Origin: Camelus dromedarius
Lineage: Eukaryota
Length of the DNA: 64,000 bases
Direction of reading: 5' to 3'
NCBI RefSeq assembly: GCF_036321535.1
Contig: NC_087436.1
Location: forward strand, 23,500,001-23,564,000
Shown here: in pieces, positions 25,230-38,669 of the stretch
Numbering within the stretch: the stretch's first letter is position 1
Layout of the letters: each line of letters begins with the position of its first letter
Position numbers and translations under genes: made by a program
Notes under the pieces: generated by a model
What the model was told of the DNA's origin: nothing
What the model saw: the letters and a program-made list of their open reading frames with translations, nothing else
Databases searched by the model: none

Positions 25230-26000
25230 GTTAATTCAACCCAATCTTCTTCAATGACTGCTTAGTGCAAGGCCGGGCAAGATACTTTGGAAGAAACTTT
25301 GAATATGAATCAATCTTCTGTAAGGAACTCACCAGGGCATGAGAGTAGAGGTAAGCATATGAAAGTTAGGGAGCAACTCAAAACACTAGACATGCGAGAC
25401 AGTGTCTGTTGAGTCTGTGAAATTAATCACGTAACTCATAACACCTCAGGAGGTTCTAAGGAAAGCAGTCGTTTCAAGGTGGCAGTGCATTTGAGCCTGG
25501 TCTCTACAAATGGGGGAAGATTTGGAAAGGCAGGAAGGAAAAGGGAAGGGTGTTTCCAGGACTTAGATGGCATGAGCACATTTTAAACGAGAAGGGGTAA
25601 AACCATTTGATGGGGTGGAGGTTTAACAACAGTGGGAAATAGATGAGTAAGTTGGAGACTGGCTTTGTTGGGGGTGGTGTGTGGGGGTCCCTAATGCCAT
25701 GCCAAGGGAATTGTGAGGAAATTGGAGGATGTAGGGGTCAAACAGTTTGGAGAAAGTATTAATTTGCAAGATTAATCTGATGGCAGTTTTAGGATGATGT
25801 GAAGAGAAAAGATGTGACGTAGATAGACCAGTGTTCTAACTGGTGGACCAAACATCGGGTGAGACAGCTTTAACCAAGATGGGAGTATGGCAGGAATGAA
25901 AAAAAGAAGTGATCTTGAGACATATTGTGAAGTAAGGGAGGATGAGAGAACTCAGTGACCAATGGAAGATGGGGCTACATAAATGAAGGGAATCAAAATG
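25230..26000 (-). mobile_element. L2 (L2c-like) fragment
   Basis: Purine-rich antisense L2 motifs, e.g. ggtgtttccagg...atggcatgagca and aagattaatctgatggcag. Confidence 0.6.
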
Positions 26001-26340
26001 GGCAAACTTTTTCATTGTCTAAGTATGATCACTGGTTATCCTTTTGTAGACAAAGATGTTTCCTCTGTGTCTGAGCCTTGCCAGTGCATTTTTCCATGGA
26101 CTTATATCAGCTACAGTCATACCCCTGTCTGTGTGCATCTCCAGGTATTTCTCTACTGCATTCTAATGTGAGCTGTTACCAAGAGGTGTCCCTTTCCACT
26201 TGTTGAGAGCAAACCAAGAGTCTGGCAAAAACCAGGCTATTGTATCAGTGATCGGTCATATCTGGGCATATCTGCCCTTCAGTGAAGGTACGCTGGGTCA
26301 GATGTAAGGAAGTAATTAGCAAAAAACCATAGAAAATGAC

Positions 26341-26405
26341 AGATGGATGGATGAATGGGTAGATGGATGGACGGATAGATGGATGCATAGACAGATTGGT
26401 GGATA
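26341..26405. repeat. Degenerate (GATG)n
   Basis: agatggatggatgaatgggtagatggatggacggatagatggatg. Confidence 0.8.
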
Positions 26406-27439
26406 GGAGAATTATGATTAGGAGGAAATGGTCAGCACATAGGATGTGCCATCATTTCAAAAAACTGAACCTGAACTCTAGCTTCCACATTGGACTTGTT
26501 TCCTAAAAGAGGAAAATGCAAGCTATTCTTGGGGTTTACTGAATAGCTCAGAAGAAGAAGAGAAAGCAGAAGTCCTTGAGGGAAGGCTGTGCTCCAACTC
26601 CCACATCATCTAAGTGAGTTCTGCTTCTACAATGAATGAGTGTCTGACCAAGTCTGAAAATAAGGAACTTGAAGTAATGAGATCAAATGAGAGACAGGTT
26701 TGCATGGCACTGGCCTTCTATTCCGGAGAAAAGAGCCAATACCTCAGGTAAGGACAGTGTAATTATACAGATTGTGTCTTATCCTAACCCTCAGTCAAAA
26801 ACTAGATGTCTGATAGAGATGAGGAGGAAGAAGTCTCTCAGAGATTTGGAAATGGAAAGTGGCCTCAAGAAGGAGCATAAGAGAATGGGGCAGAAAGTGG
26901 TCAGTGAGGATGTACTTCCGGAAAAAGGGACAAGATGAAACCTCAGTTCAGATATGAGTAAAAGCTGGCAAGAACTTGTTAATAAACATCACAGCCAGAA
27001 AATGGGGGTAATTTCCACATCTGGGCTTTCTGGAGCTGTGTGGGCAGAAGGAAAGAATCTATGGAGCTGGCAGAGTGCTCAGCAGAGGTGGGAAAAGAAC
27101 ATCTCCTGCAGACTGCCTGAGTCAGAGCCCCCTCTGTGGCGTGGGTCTGGCAGGCTGAGCCAGAGCCGTGTGACCACCTGTGTGAGGGGCAGTGGCAGTT
27201 GGCAAGAGGAATAAGAGGCAGGACTGTCCAAGGACCCCATCCCCACATTGATTCGGGATTTCAGCAGCTTTGTCAGCACTTGTGCCTGGGAATGCCCCTG
27301 CCCAAGGAGCAGAGGCTGATATACCCAGAGGCACAGAAGACAGTGGTGCATGGATTCTTCCGGCAGCTCTAGGATCCTGCTGGGGCAGAAGGCTGTCACG
27401 TAGAAACAGGAGGATTGAAATGGTTGGTAATGAGGATGA

Positions 27440-27610
27440 TGCTGGCAGGCACTAACTGAGTGCTTATTATGTTCCAGGCACTGTACTAAGCCCTTTATAC
27501 TTTCTATTGCCTTAAATCCCCCCAATAAACTTATGAAGCCCTATTATTTCCCCCAAATGAGGAGACAGGCACAGAGAGGTTGAATCACTTGTCTGTATTT
27601 ACACAGCCTG
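27440..27610 (-). mobile_element. MIR SINE
   Basis: actgagtgcttattatgttccaggcactgtactaag...aaatgaggagacaggcacagagaggttgaatcacttg. Confidence 0.85.
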
Positions 27611-29712
27611 TATTCCTCAGCACTGCCAGATAATCTCAACTCTCTCTGGTGTTTTTGTTTGTTTGTTTGGTGTTTTGGTCTGAAAAAGAAACTTGGTTGA
27701 GGGGAGCAGAGGCACAGATTAACTGACTTTCCCTAGGCTACAGACCTCTCCCATAGATGTTTACACTCCCAGAGGCCTTGAACAATGTCTGTGAACAGCT
27801 AAGTAAAAATCTTCCCTTATCTGCCAGATGACACCCTGATGCAGGCAAAGGGAAAAAATAAATTTGCGAAGCTTCCCATATAGCCATCGTCCCCATCATA
27901 GGCAAGAGCATCTCTGTAATGATGAAGAGCACTATAATTTTAACGTTGTTATTGGACTAAGCACAATTTACGCTAGTGATGAAAAAAAGGGAAAAGATTT
28001 ATGAGATGTAAGATAGAAAGATAAACTCTTGTCCCTTAGTGGCTATTAGAAACATTGCCAAAATACCATAAACGTGTGAAGGATGACATGATTATTTTTG
28101 CATTTCCACTGGGCATTCCCTACACTGCAAGAATTTATGGGGGCAGAAGTCCCCTGTACAGCTGGTAGAGCTGGAGGGGAGAGACATGAATCATGGCCGG
28201 CCCCACCTCTAAGAAGGCCCCCCTGACCTAGTCCTGGTCTGAGGGGCATGTAGGGCAGGTGACTTTGGGCATAGAGAGCCCACCCAGTTGCTTAAGGCAC
28301 CATGCGTGCCAGCATCCTCTTTATCTCCTGGTCCAGCCCCCTGCACTTAGGGCAGCTTCAGTGGTAATACCCTGCCCTGAGTTTCATCAGGTTTAGGTGT
28401 CAGATTCAAATCCACTTCAAAAATCGGGAACGTGAGAGAGCAGGGCAGTCAAGGACGCACAAAGAGAACCAGGTGACACTCATCTACCTGCCCCATAAAC
28501 AGACGCTTCCAAGAAGTTAGAGCCACCAACTTGGCCCCAAGGAACCACAGGAAGTTTTGTAAAAGAGAAAGGAAATAGACAGCAGAATGTGGTGTAACTG
28601 AGGCCACTTTGGAATGGTTCTTGCAGCTGGCCAGTCTGGGCTGGTCATCCTGGAAAGGACATCATCAACATGCACATCTGAAGTTCTGATCAAAGGACGT
28701 CAGTCATGCATGGCTCAGGTCTGGGATGCAGGCTGTGTAGAGGCGTGGGGTTAAATTAACTCATGGGTCCCAAACTCCCCTGACCCAGCAGCCAGCCTCA
28801 CAGGCAGGAGGTAAATTTGGGCATTGACCTCTGGAGAAACTTTTAGTAGGATAGGACAACAACTGTTGGGGAAATTGGGGGGCCGAGACTTATTTGTCCA
28901 TTGGTAGCATCAGTCATGGCTTCCTGCGGAGCCAGGACGGGGCTCTGCACCTCACGGGCCTGTAATACAGAAGCCAGCTGACAGTTAGGTTTCACTTTCC
29001 ATAAATTGAGTATCAGCCCAATGGATCCATATCACTCCAATACAGATATTAAGGGAAATACTTATAGAACATCTGCACATCACTTAGGGTGTCCTGAAGA
29101 GAGATGCTATGGGAATAGGTGCTATGTAAGTATAGTCTTGTGACATATGTACTGGTGAACTTAGTGATTGGGAGTCCTTACACCTATAGAAATGAGGGCC
29201 ATATATGTGGGGTCCTGGATTGAATTATGGTGACTCCTATACCTGACCAAGAGAGTACTTTAGTTGCTGTATTCTGTATTTAAATTTAGGCTGCAAATTT
29301 AAAAAACTGTTTTTACAACTCTAAATACACTTTCTACTACAGAGAATGGTGACTAAAGCAAAAGCAAAAATAGCAGCTGGCGCCATGATTTGAGAAAACC
29401 TAAATCTGAAAATGATCATTTCTATTTACATACTACCAAATAAGGACATGGGGGAAGCAGTGAGTCACCAGGGCTCTAGCATTTACCCTATTCCAACATG
29501 TTATTGGGGTATTATTAAAGATGCGATTTGGATATTCTAAAATTTACATTAAACGTGACCCCTGACATGTAGCCTCAAGTTCCTATCAGAAAAATGGGCT
29601 GAATCACAACCTTACAGAAGAGTTATGGGACAGCTACAAATAAATGATTTCAGTACTTTCAAAACTTCAAATACATGGGAATAATTCTTCACATCTGAAG
29701 AATACTTCAGGC

Positions 29713-30477
29713 TTTTTTAATTGAAGTATAGTCATTTTATAATGTTGGGTTAATTTCTGGTGTACAGCATAGTGATTTATTTATACATATATATTTCTTT
29801 TCATATTTTTTCATTATAGGCTATTACAACATATTTGATATTGAATATGAATATAATTCCCTGTGCTATACAGTAGGATCTTGTTGTTTATCTATTTTAT
29901 ACATAGTAGTTTGTATCTGCAAATCCTAAACTTTCAATTTATCCCTCCCCCTTCCCCTTTCCCACTGGTAACCATAAGTTTATTTTTTTATATCTGTGAG
30001 TCTGTTTCTGTTTTGTAGATAAGTTCATTTGTGTCATTTTTTTAAGATTCCACATATAAGTGATACCATATGATATTTTTCTCTCTTCCTGGCTTACTTC
30101 ACTTCCAGTTAGTATGACAATCTCCAGATCCATCCATGTTGCTGCAAATGGCATTGTTTCATTCTTTTTTTATGGCTGAGTAGTATTTCATTGTGTGTGT
30201 GTGTGTGTGTGTGTGTGTTTGTTTGTGTGTGTGTGTGTGTTTGTGTGTATCACATCTTCTTTATGCAGTCATCTGGCTATCCCAGTGGAAAATTAGTTTG
30301 CTTCCATGTCTTGGCTATTGTAAACAGTGCTGCTATGAACATTGGGGTGCATGTATCTTTTCAAATTAGTTTCCTCAGCATATATGCCCAGGAGTGGGAT
30401 TGCTAGATCATAGGGTAAGTCTATTTTCTGTTTTTTTAAGGAATCTCCACACTGTTTTCCATAATGGCTGCACCAAT
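29713..30477 (-). mobile_element. 5'-truncated L1 (ORF2 end + 3'UTR) with (TG)n at 30192-30248
   Basis: Same 3'UTR family; ORF 29939-30154 begins MPFAATWMDLEIVIL, as in the L1 ORF2p tail. Confidence 0.95.
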
Positions 30478-31279
30478 AATTTAGGTTTTTAAAAGCACTT
30501 TCACCTACATCATCTCATTTTATCACACTTGATTCTCACAAAATCCTTGAGACAAGGTATTTGTAGGTGTGCGGTTGTCATATTAAAATACCATTGAACT
30601 GGGGATCTTTTTGTAGAGACAGGATGAATCACTACTGGGTAGGAATAAAAAGGAACAAATGAGAACTAGGAGAGTTAGAGATCTAAGTCCCTGTTAACAT
30701 ATCACATGACGCCTGTACAAACCAAAGCTCTTACAGTGCCAAACTCTGCAGAAAGCTTTAGGAATTTCTTGCGATCCAAGTGTGTTTTCTTCTTCTCTGT
30801 GCTTTTAGAAGACAGTTTAAAGAGAGTTAGGGAATGTTCTGGTCTTTTGTTTTGAAACCTCTTCAGCTTGTTGTCTCCTTGTCTGCAGACTGTGAGATTG
30901 GTCGATTTGCTTTAAACAGACCGAACAGCCTTTAAAATAAGCAGACTTCTATGACGGGTTGACTTCTTTTGGATGTGCCAAGATCTTTACTGAGCTTCTC
31001 ATCTACGACTTGAAAATCCACTGTCTCGGTTACTGTGACACAGTTAAGAGTTTAAAGGGGAGCGCCGTCTGTTATAGCATGTTTTGGAAGGTGGTAGAAG
31101 AAAAATGTTTCTGTTCCACAATATGATCAGCTATCTGCATCTCCCCAAGGATTTTTCATGAACCTTAGAAGGAAATCTTGTTCAGGTTCCTGAGAGCAAA
31201 CTACCTTTGTCAAGAGACCTTGGAGAACAATGTCCTAAGATGGAAGACATGCTTTCTGTGTTCCCAGCAGCCAGATTAG

Positions 31280-31282
<3 letters not shown>

Positions 31283-31349
<67 letters not shown>
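31283..31349. repeat. (TG)33 microsatellite
   Basis: Perfect dinucleotide run. Confidence 0.97.
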
Positions 31350-31350
<1 letters not shown>

Positions 31351-31709
31351 GTGGGATGCGGGAGGGATGTTCAGGTCCTACATTCCAGGAAAATCACTTT
31401 CTGGAGAATTGTGGAAAATTGCATAGGTTTTGACATATTAACTTATCACAGCAAAATAAAAAAATAAATAAATGAAGATGATTTCCATACCCTCCTCCCC
31501 CACTTAGCTGTACAGAGGGGAAGGGGTGAAAAGGGAATGAAAGGGTTACCACCAAGCAAGGAAGTTATACTTCTACCCACCCCACCCCCACCCTGAATTA
31601 TCACCCATCTTTGTGCACACAGCTCACTGTGCGGGTTTCTGAGGCCAGAAAGGAGACCATGAGGGTGAGCAAGTCAGGGGGTGTTGGGCATCAGGACATC
31701 AAACAGCAG

Positions 31710-31872
31710 GTCATAACAGAAACCAGGGCTTGGGATCCAAGAGTTCTGGTCCTGGCTCCATCTCTAATTGTGTGTGACTTTGGACAAGGCATTCTACCTC
31801 TTTCATGTGTAAAACCAGGAGGTTGGACTAAGTGTTCTCCAAGGTTCCTAAGGGCTCCTAAAAATGAGGATT
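31710..31872 (+). mobile_element. MIR3/MIR SINE
   Basis: tgtgtgactttggacaagg...tgtaaaa..ggaggttggactaag...tctccaaggttcc. Confidence 0.75.
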
Positions 31873-32429
31873 CTTTTGGTAAGGAATGTGTAGGGAGGTT
31901 GTGAAATGAAGCACAATTATCCCTGTTAGCTGTAAAGGAATAGACCTTAGAGGAGGTTTGAAAGTAATCCACAAGGAAGCCTTGTGATGGGTTGGAAAAC
32001 TATATAGAAACAGAATTGTGTGTACTGCATAACATGGTGAGGGGGAGATATATGAGGCAATATAAAATGGGACTCATGTAAGAAAGCTCACATCTTAAAG
32101 AAGAAAAGTCAGGCTTTTGAACCGAAGCTGTGCCCTATCCTTTTGACAATCTGTCCCCATCATAATGTAGCACCTTGTGCACACAATTAAATGTCAGCCA
32201 CAGAAAACATTTCCCTTGGCTTTGTTGTTCCAGAACGGGATTCTTTTGTCCTCAATATAATGGATATGCAGAAACAATGATAGAACAGAGATTTTTTCTA
32301 AAGCGATGACAAACACACTGCTGCTTCCTCCCTCCCTCCTTCCTCCTTATCCCCACCCCCAAAATAAATCATTGTTTTTTAAAAAAAATCCCATTGTCTA
32401 TTGTCCACAGAAATCAAGATCTGCCTAGA

Positions 32430-33200
32430 ACAGCCGCGGCGGGCTCGCAGCGGCCGCGAGCAGCCGGTAGGTGGCGCACGAAGGCAGCGCAGGCAGGAGC
32501 CCGGGACCGATCCCGGCAGAGGGGGGCTGGGGTTTCGCCGCCCCCACGCCCGCCCGCCGCCGTCTTCCACTCCTCCCACCCCTTTCCACTGCTCCCACCC
32601 CCACCCCATCGTGTGCTAATTGCTGGATACTCTACTGGGACTTCGGTTAGGGGAAAAGAAAGCAGGAATGGGAGGCGGGGAAGGGAGGTGGGGAATCCGG
32701 TTCCGAATACACAAAGCCTCCGGGGTCTCGGCGGCTCAGGAGCCCGGAGCCCCTTCTCTTCCCTGCGGTCACCCACCACCCTCCTGCCGCGCCTGGCCGA
32801 TCAGACAGGCCACTACAGGGGAAATGGTGATCAGGGTGCAGAGCCCCACGACCCGGTGCTGGGGCCCGCCGAAGGCTGGACATCTGCTTCCCCAGCTCAC
32901 CCATCCCGGGCATCGGAACCCAAGCCCATCCCAAACTCTGTCCAGCCAGGCAGCCTTCTGACTCGGGCAATGCCAAGGCCAGCGAGAGGAGACCAAGTCC
33001 CCAGGCAGCACGTCCGGTGAGCCCCAGAGCAGGAGGGACCCATGTGGGTGCCTGGGCCCAGCTGGCGCCATCAGCAAGCTTCCTTCCAGGAGTCGGGCGA
33101 CCCTGCCTCTTCTGTGTCGCGCGAGGGCTGGCGCTGTCAGTTCACCGACGATGAACAGGCCACGCGGTCGGCCGACCCCCAACCTCTGTCTAGTAGAACA
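32430..33200. promoter_or_regulatory. CpG island (no gene identified)
   Basis: Sharp rise in GC and CpG density against a CpG-depleted background; SacII (32434) and NotI (32450) sites. Confidence 0.8.
32446..32478 (+). promoter_or_regulatory. Putative CTCF site
   Basis: CCGGTAGGTGGCGC (32464-32477) fits the CCRSYAGRKGGCRS core; CGCAG lies upstream at the spacing of the extended upstream module. Confidence 0.7.
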
Positions 33201-33204
33201 TCGT

Positions 33205-33425
33205 GTTAAGATTCTTGATGGCTCTAAAGTCGTGAGGCCTGGATTGAAACGTGAGCATTGACACCTGGGGCTTCCTGACCTTGGTGATGTTCCTAAACTC
33301 CCCAACCTTCCACCTCCCCAGCTGTAAAAAGCATCAGTAATACTTATCTCATAGCAATGTTGTGAGGATTTTTAAAAAGTGGTGCTTAATTTAGCAGGAG
33401 CCCAGGCTGGAGTAACTGTTACTAT
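33205..33425 (+). mobile_element. MIR SINE
   Basis: tgaccttgg...ctgtaaaa...taatacttatctcatag...gttgtgaggatt. Confidence 0.65.
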
Positions 33426-33704
33426 GAACAACCGACTCTTCCTTGGACAGAGAGGGAGATATAGTTTGCTGTCCCGAGACAGAATTGGCATCACTGTTGC
33501 CTAGAATGAGGAGAAGGGGCCCAAGAGGAGAGCCAAGGAACACTCTCCGATTGGTCATTCCCAGCAGAAGATCCCATCTGCCCCTCTGTAGCCTTCAGCC
33601 ACCATCCCTCTTCCTGCCCCTGAGTCTGGCCTGTGGGCTGTGTTAGGTTCTTCCCTTCTTCCCTCCCTTGAATACACATTCTCCCTCCTCAGTTGGAAGG
33701 TCTT

Positions 33705-33928
33705 GAGAGTATAGAATATGGGCTTTGGAGTCAGACACACCCAGGTTGGAATTCTGACTGCCCCATTTGCTAAGGGGCAAGGTGGGCATGTCATTTAACC
33801 TCCCTTAGCTCCAGTTTGCTGCTCTAGATAAATGGTGGTCATGATACTCACCTAAGTGTTCCTGTGAAGATGAACAGAGGTAATGCATATAAACTGCCAG
33901 CCATGTACTATCTGTTCAGTAAATTTTT
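33705..33928 (+). mobile_element. MIR SINE
   Basis: gggctttggagtcagacacacccaggttggaattctgactg...gtcatttaacctc. Confidence 0.85.
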
Positions 33929-36299
33929 AAGTTTACAGTTGAAATTAGATTAGATTATCTTGCAGAGACAATGGACGATCCCTGGGATTTCTACAGACAT
34001 CCACCAAAGTTGAACCCAACTACTAACAATTAGCTTCTCTACTCCCTTCTGAGTCAGCAAGGTTTATTTCCCCTTCAAAAAAAGAGAAGAAATCCAGTGA
34101 GGGCACATTCTCCCCAGAGCCTCACAGGTATAGCTCAGACATTTAAACAGGCTCATTAACACTTTGGGGGCACCAGATGAAAAACCATTTAAGTCTGTTT
34201 TAGGTGTCTAGATGCTATATAATGACTAATTTAGCAACACCCAAAAGAGCCAGGGGGCTTCCATTGCCCAAAGTCGGGCTGGTAGTGAGGGTCCTGCTCC
34301 TTTGCTTCATCAGCACTGCTGGCTCCATATACATGGCTGGGGTCTAAAAGCCAGCCCCCGTGTTGACCTCACAGGAAGGCCTCACTTCCAAATGTTTTGG
34401 GGAAAAAAACCTCAAGCTAGAGTCTGCCAGCTGCTCTGAGTTAATAGTAGCCCTGACCTTTGTTTTTGAACCGGGTTGAGGGGTTGAGGGGAGGGCATCC
34501 CTCTCCTCCCCTGAGCCAGCTCTGGCATTTGGCCCAGGTATAAAAATCCCAGCACTGTCACTGCTTTTTGGTCTTATTATGAGTGTGTCTGTTCTGCTGT
34601 GCTGGTTTCAGCATGTCATGGGGGAAGTGTGAGCACAGAAAAGGAGACTGTGTCAGATCTTTTGCTCTTGTTAGGAGATGGCTGCTGAAAAGCCCGTAGG
34701 TCAGATGGGAGGAGACAGGTTACCATGTCCTGAGGGCTCAGAGCCGTGCGGCTCCATGGATCAGGCGTGAAAGCCACAGTGGCCAGTCACTTTGCTTCTT
34801 CCTGAAGCTTTCTGGAGAGAAAAGTGGGCAGCTGAGCCTCTGTCCCTAAAAGTGGCAAACTCACACTTGTACACCACCTCTGGTAGGGGTCTCACACGTG
34901 TTCACTGTTAGTCACAATTGAGAGTTGTGTGCTTAATTCAAGCAGCATGAATTAAATGAATTCCTAGATAATAGTCGAGCTGACCAAATGCTACTGGAAA
35001 TGCTGTTCTTTCCTGAAATATCTGCCAATGAGTGTAGTCAACTCATAGTTCTGTTAAGGCTAAACAAATCTAAAATCTCCTCCTCGACATCTATACCATT
35101 CATCTAGAAGTCTGGGGCTGCCTGTTTTGGATAAACCCCTTAGGTCCCCTGGATCTAGGGCCAAAACAGAGCTGGCTTGTCAGGAAACCTCAACTTTTGA
35201 AAACCATCCTGATCCCTTAAAAATCCATTTCTTGTTTTTGATGTGATTCTAAGTTTCAGGGTTTTATTTATTTTTTTTCAGAAAGTTTTATTTCTGCTAT
35301 ATTTTTAGATTCAAAAGTATTTATTTAAGGTGAACAAATGATACAGCACACACAACTGCTGGAACTGCTTTTTAATTGCAAACAAAAAGGGAATACCTAG
35401 GACAGGAAGATGCAATTACCACAGTTATTGTTTTCAGTGAATTTTTGTCAAGTTTGTTTATCTTGTTGTTAATGTGATGATACAGCAGTCCTTGGCAAAA
35501 GAATAACATTTGCGTTGAAGAACAAATCTAGATAAAAATGGAAAACGGAGTTAGCCACAGCCCACAAGGCCTTCTTTGGAAAGAACTCTTGAAGAAAAAC
35601 CGACTCATACTTCACTGAAGAACATGCTACTGTCATTTTTCCCTTTATAGTACCAGAGTGTTCCTGAAAAAAGGCCTCAAGGCATTATCAACTCGTCATC
35701 TATTTTTTGATGTGATTTCTATTTTCGGGACCCTGCTCCCTTCCCTCTTTGTTCCTAATGCATCTGGTCATCCATGCCTTCTACTTTGGTCCTGTTATAT
35801 TCAATGTGACCAGCCCCCACATGGGGCGTTCACCATGGTGACCGCTAGTCAGACTGGCAGGGTCACTGTCCACCCACAGGACCAGAGGAAGAACTCAAGG
35901 ATATACCCACTGCATTCAGACAAACTGGAGATCTGTGGAGACTGCAGGATGATCATGTTATTCAAATGATCTGGAAAGGAGTTGATAGACTATCCATATA
36001 TATCCAAGCCTGGGGTATTATTTAAAAAACAAAACAAAAAACTTTCTTATCTCCTGCTGGGATTTCTGATGGTATAGTACACAAGTCCCAACATGCAACC
36101 TAATCAAAAATAGCTATGTAGTGCTTAGAAATTTTCATAGCCATTTTCAGCCATCAACATTGTAGAGTAAGGAAAACAAGAAACTGAAGACATTTATACT
36201 TCACTGATAAACGATGGAGTAGACTGGCAATGGGTATGTCTTCCAGCTCAAAAGTTCTGCAGCTTAGATTCTATAAATGACTTTAATCTGATTTTAATA

Positions 36300-36690
36300 G
36301 TCATTTGCCCAGTCAGACATTCAACAATTGTTTAAATGCCGGTTATGTGCTAAATACACACAGAACATTCATGAATAAAACAAAAATGTATCCCCCCACC
36401 TTGCAGTCTACAGACAACCAACTCACAAACAAGTATTGATGTACCCACAAAATGCATGCATTTTAGGGGGGAGGAAATTAAATGGATTCAGAGATAGAAA
36501 ACAATATAGTCTACCTCCATAGACAGAGATTAAAAATGGCCTCTCTAAGAAGGAAACATTTAAATCAAAATCTGAACAATAAAAAAGGTCAATCGTAGCC
36601 ATATGTTGACCTTCCAGGGAAAAAACACTGTGTGGGCAACAACCCTAAGAAGAAAAAAGTGTGATGTGTTTAAGGAGTAGAACATTGTGA
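36300..36690 (-). mobile_element. L2 fragment
   Basis: cattcaacaattgttt..tgccggttatgtgcta; ggcctctctaagaaggaaacatttaa. Confidence 0.55.
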
Positions 36691-38394
36691 ATACAAAACT
36701 TTGCAGACTAGAGAACATGCTAAATCATAGCCTGTCAGGGTTTGATTGGGAAATTTCATCTGGCCACCCGACCAGTTCTTAAATCCCCTTCATAATCCTC
36801 CCTCTAAACAACCAATCGCCTTGTGCTTGAGGCTCTTCATAAGAAGGAATGTTCTACCTCTTGAAGCATTCATGCCACTTTAAGTTAAAAATATGAATTT
36901 TTTCTGACCAGGAAGCTGGAGTCATGAATTATAATCATGGGCCTGCACCTGAAGAAATTCTCAAGTTGAAATGGAAGAAGCTACTCAGATAGCTGTATTT
37001 ACCATTCTTTGTTATGGAGAGTGCCAAAAACATACAACAGGACTTCAAGTTCTTCACCGTTTTGGAGGAGAAAAATATGTGAGAATGTTAAGACAGCTCT
37101 TACAAACTTCCAACAGTTTTCTGTTGTAGCAAAATTCATGTCAGTATCCTGGCAAACCAGTGATTGCATAATAAGGTCAGTTGTACCCTTGAAAGACGGC
37201 TGTGTATTTGGGCTGCAGGGGTGAGGTGGGAGTGACTTTCCTGTGGTATCTGTGGTACATCATGTAGAGGAAGTGCAGTGTATCCACCAATTTTACAAAA
37301 ATCTTTAATAATGTGAGTTGACTTACACAAGACCTGTTATTGACTTGCCTGAAGAAGTGCAATGGGATTCCCTGAAGATTCTGCCAGTTATTTACTGGTA
37401 TTCCTCACAGCCAGTTCACACCATTAATATTTGGAGACTGGCTTGAGTATTTATTTGTTCCAAAGTACATCAAGAAGCCTAAGTTTCAAGTTCTTAGGGA
37501 GGTGCTTCCAACTTCACAACCCACAGGCGGTTCTCTCTTTAAGCCATTTATGAGCTGTTATATGGTGACAGCTAAGCCACCCTACTTGAAACAGCCTCCA
37601 AAGACTTTGGACCATCCTGCAAAGTTATAATTCTGCTAAGGGTGTGAAAAGTCAAAAAGCTGACCAAGATTAAATGCTAACCCACTTAATGAAAATCCTA
37701 TTAGTAGCCAGAAGATGTTCACCACTGTAATACAAGAAAAACACCTCCGTTGAATTTTTTCTTCTCAGATAGCAGTAATGCTAAAACTATCAAAGCAATA
37801 TAAAAATAAAGCAAAAAATAATCAAGATATCATGATAAGGCTGTCAGGTAGAGTATGGTGCCTATTTGGCACCTGGTTCTAGACCATAGTAAACAGACAT
37901 CTACAGACCAGTGCCACAAACATCACAGCCAGCTTCTTGAGTCAGCTCATGAGGATTACCTACCAGAACTTTAAAGGAACAGATTCACCAACATGCCTGG
38001 AATGCAGCCAGCCCACCAAGACTGAAGGGATGTCCGCTGGGCAGACCAAATGTCAAGAAGGAATGTCAACAGGATGCTCTCGACGTTGCCCTGTGGTGAG
38101 CTGAGGTGGGACAACTCCAAGAAGTAGACCACAGGACTCCTTTCAGAACTTGCTCAAGCATGACTTTCATGATGACTTCTAGCTGAGGCAGCATAGCAGA
38201 GAGAGCAACAGGCCTTGCTGGCCAGAAGCAAGGAGAAATGGAGCTGATCCTTCTGAGCATAGGCATCTGACAATTGGCTCTTTGAGAGAGCCCATCTGGA
38301 AAGTGCAATCAGCCCTGTGAACAGGGATTGGAGTCATAAGCCACAGGTTAGTCCTTGCCTTTTATACAACATAGAAGCAGCAGCCAGTGAGTCA

Positions 38395-38635
38395 CCAGTG
38401 TGGCATAGTGGATTGGCACCTGGCTTCTAAAATCAGACTGCCTGAGTTCACATCCTGACTCCATCATTTACTACCTGGGTGACATTAGGACAGTTTCTTA
38501 ACCTCTCTAAGTTCATTTCTTCATGGGATAAATGATCCTCCCTACCCTATAGAGGATTCAGTGATTTCATGTGTTACTTGTCAGAACAGTACCTGGCACA
38601 TAGTAGGTGCTCCATAAATATTAGCTATATTATCA
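38395..38635 (+). mobile_element. MIR SINE (near full length)
   Basis: gtggcatagtgg...tcagactgcctgagttcacatcctgactcca...agaacagtacctggcacatagtaggtgctc. Confidence 0.9.
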
Positions 38636-38669
38636 GTCTTTATGGCTCCTTACAGAAAACTAGAACTCA

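Noticed and set aside
32394..33305. 208-aa and 178-aa Arg/Pro/Gly-rich ORFs
   Set aside because: They overlap in several frames within a GC-rich island, mostly have non-ATG starts, and show no recognisable domain
38020..38313. Minus-strand AG...GT-bounded block that looks like a coding exon
   Set aside because: All three frames contain stops; at most a non-coding exon
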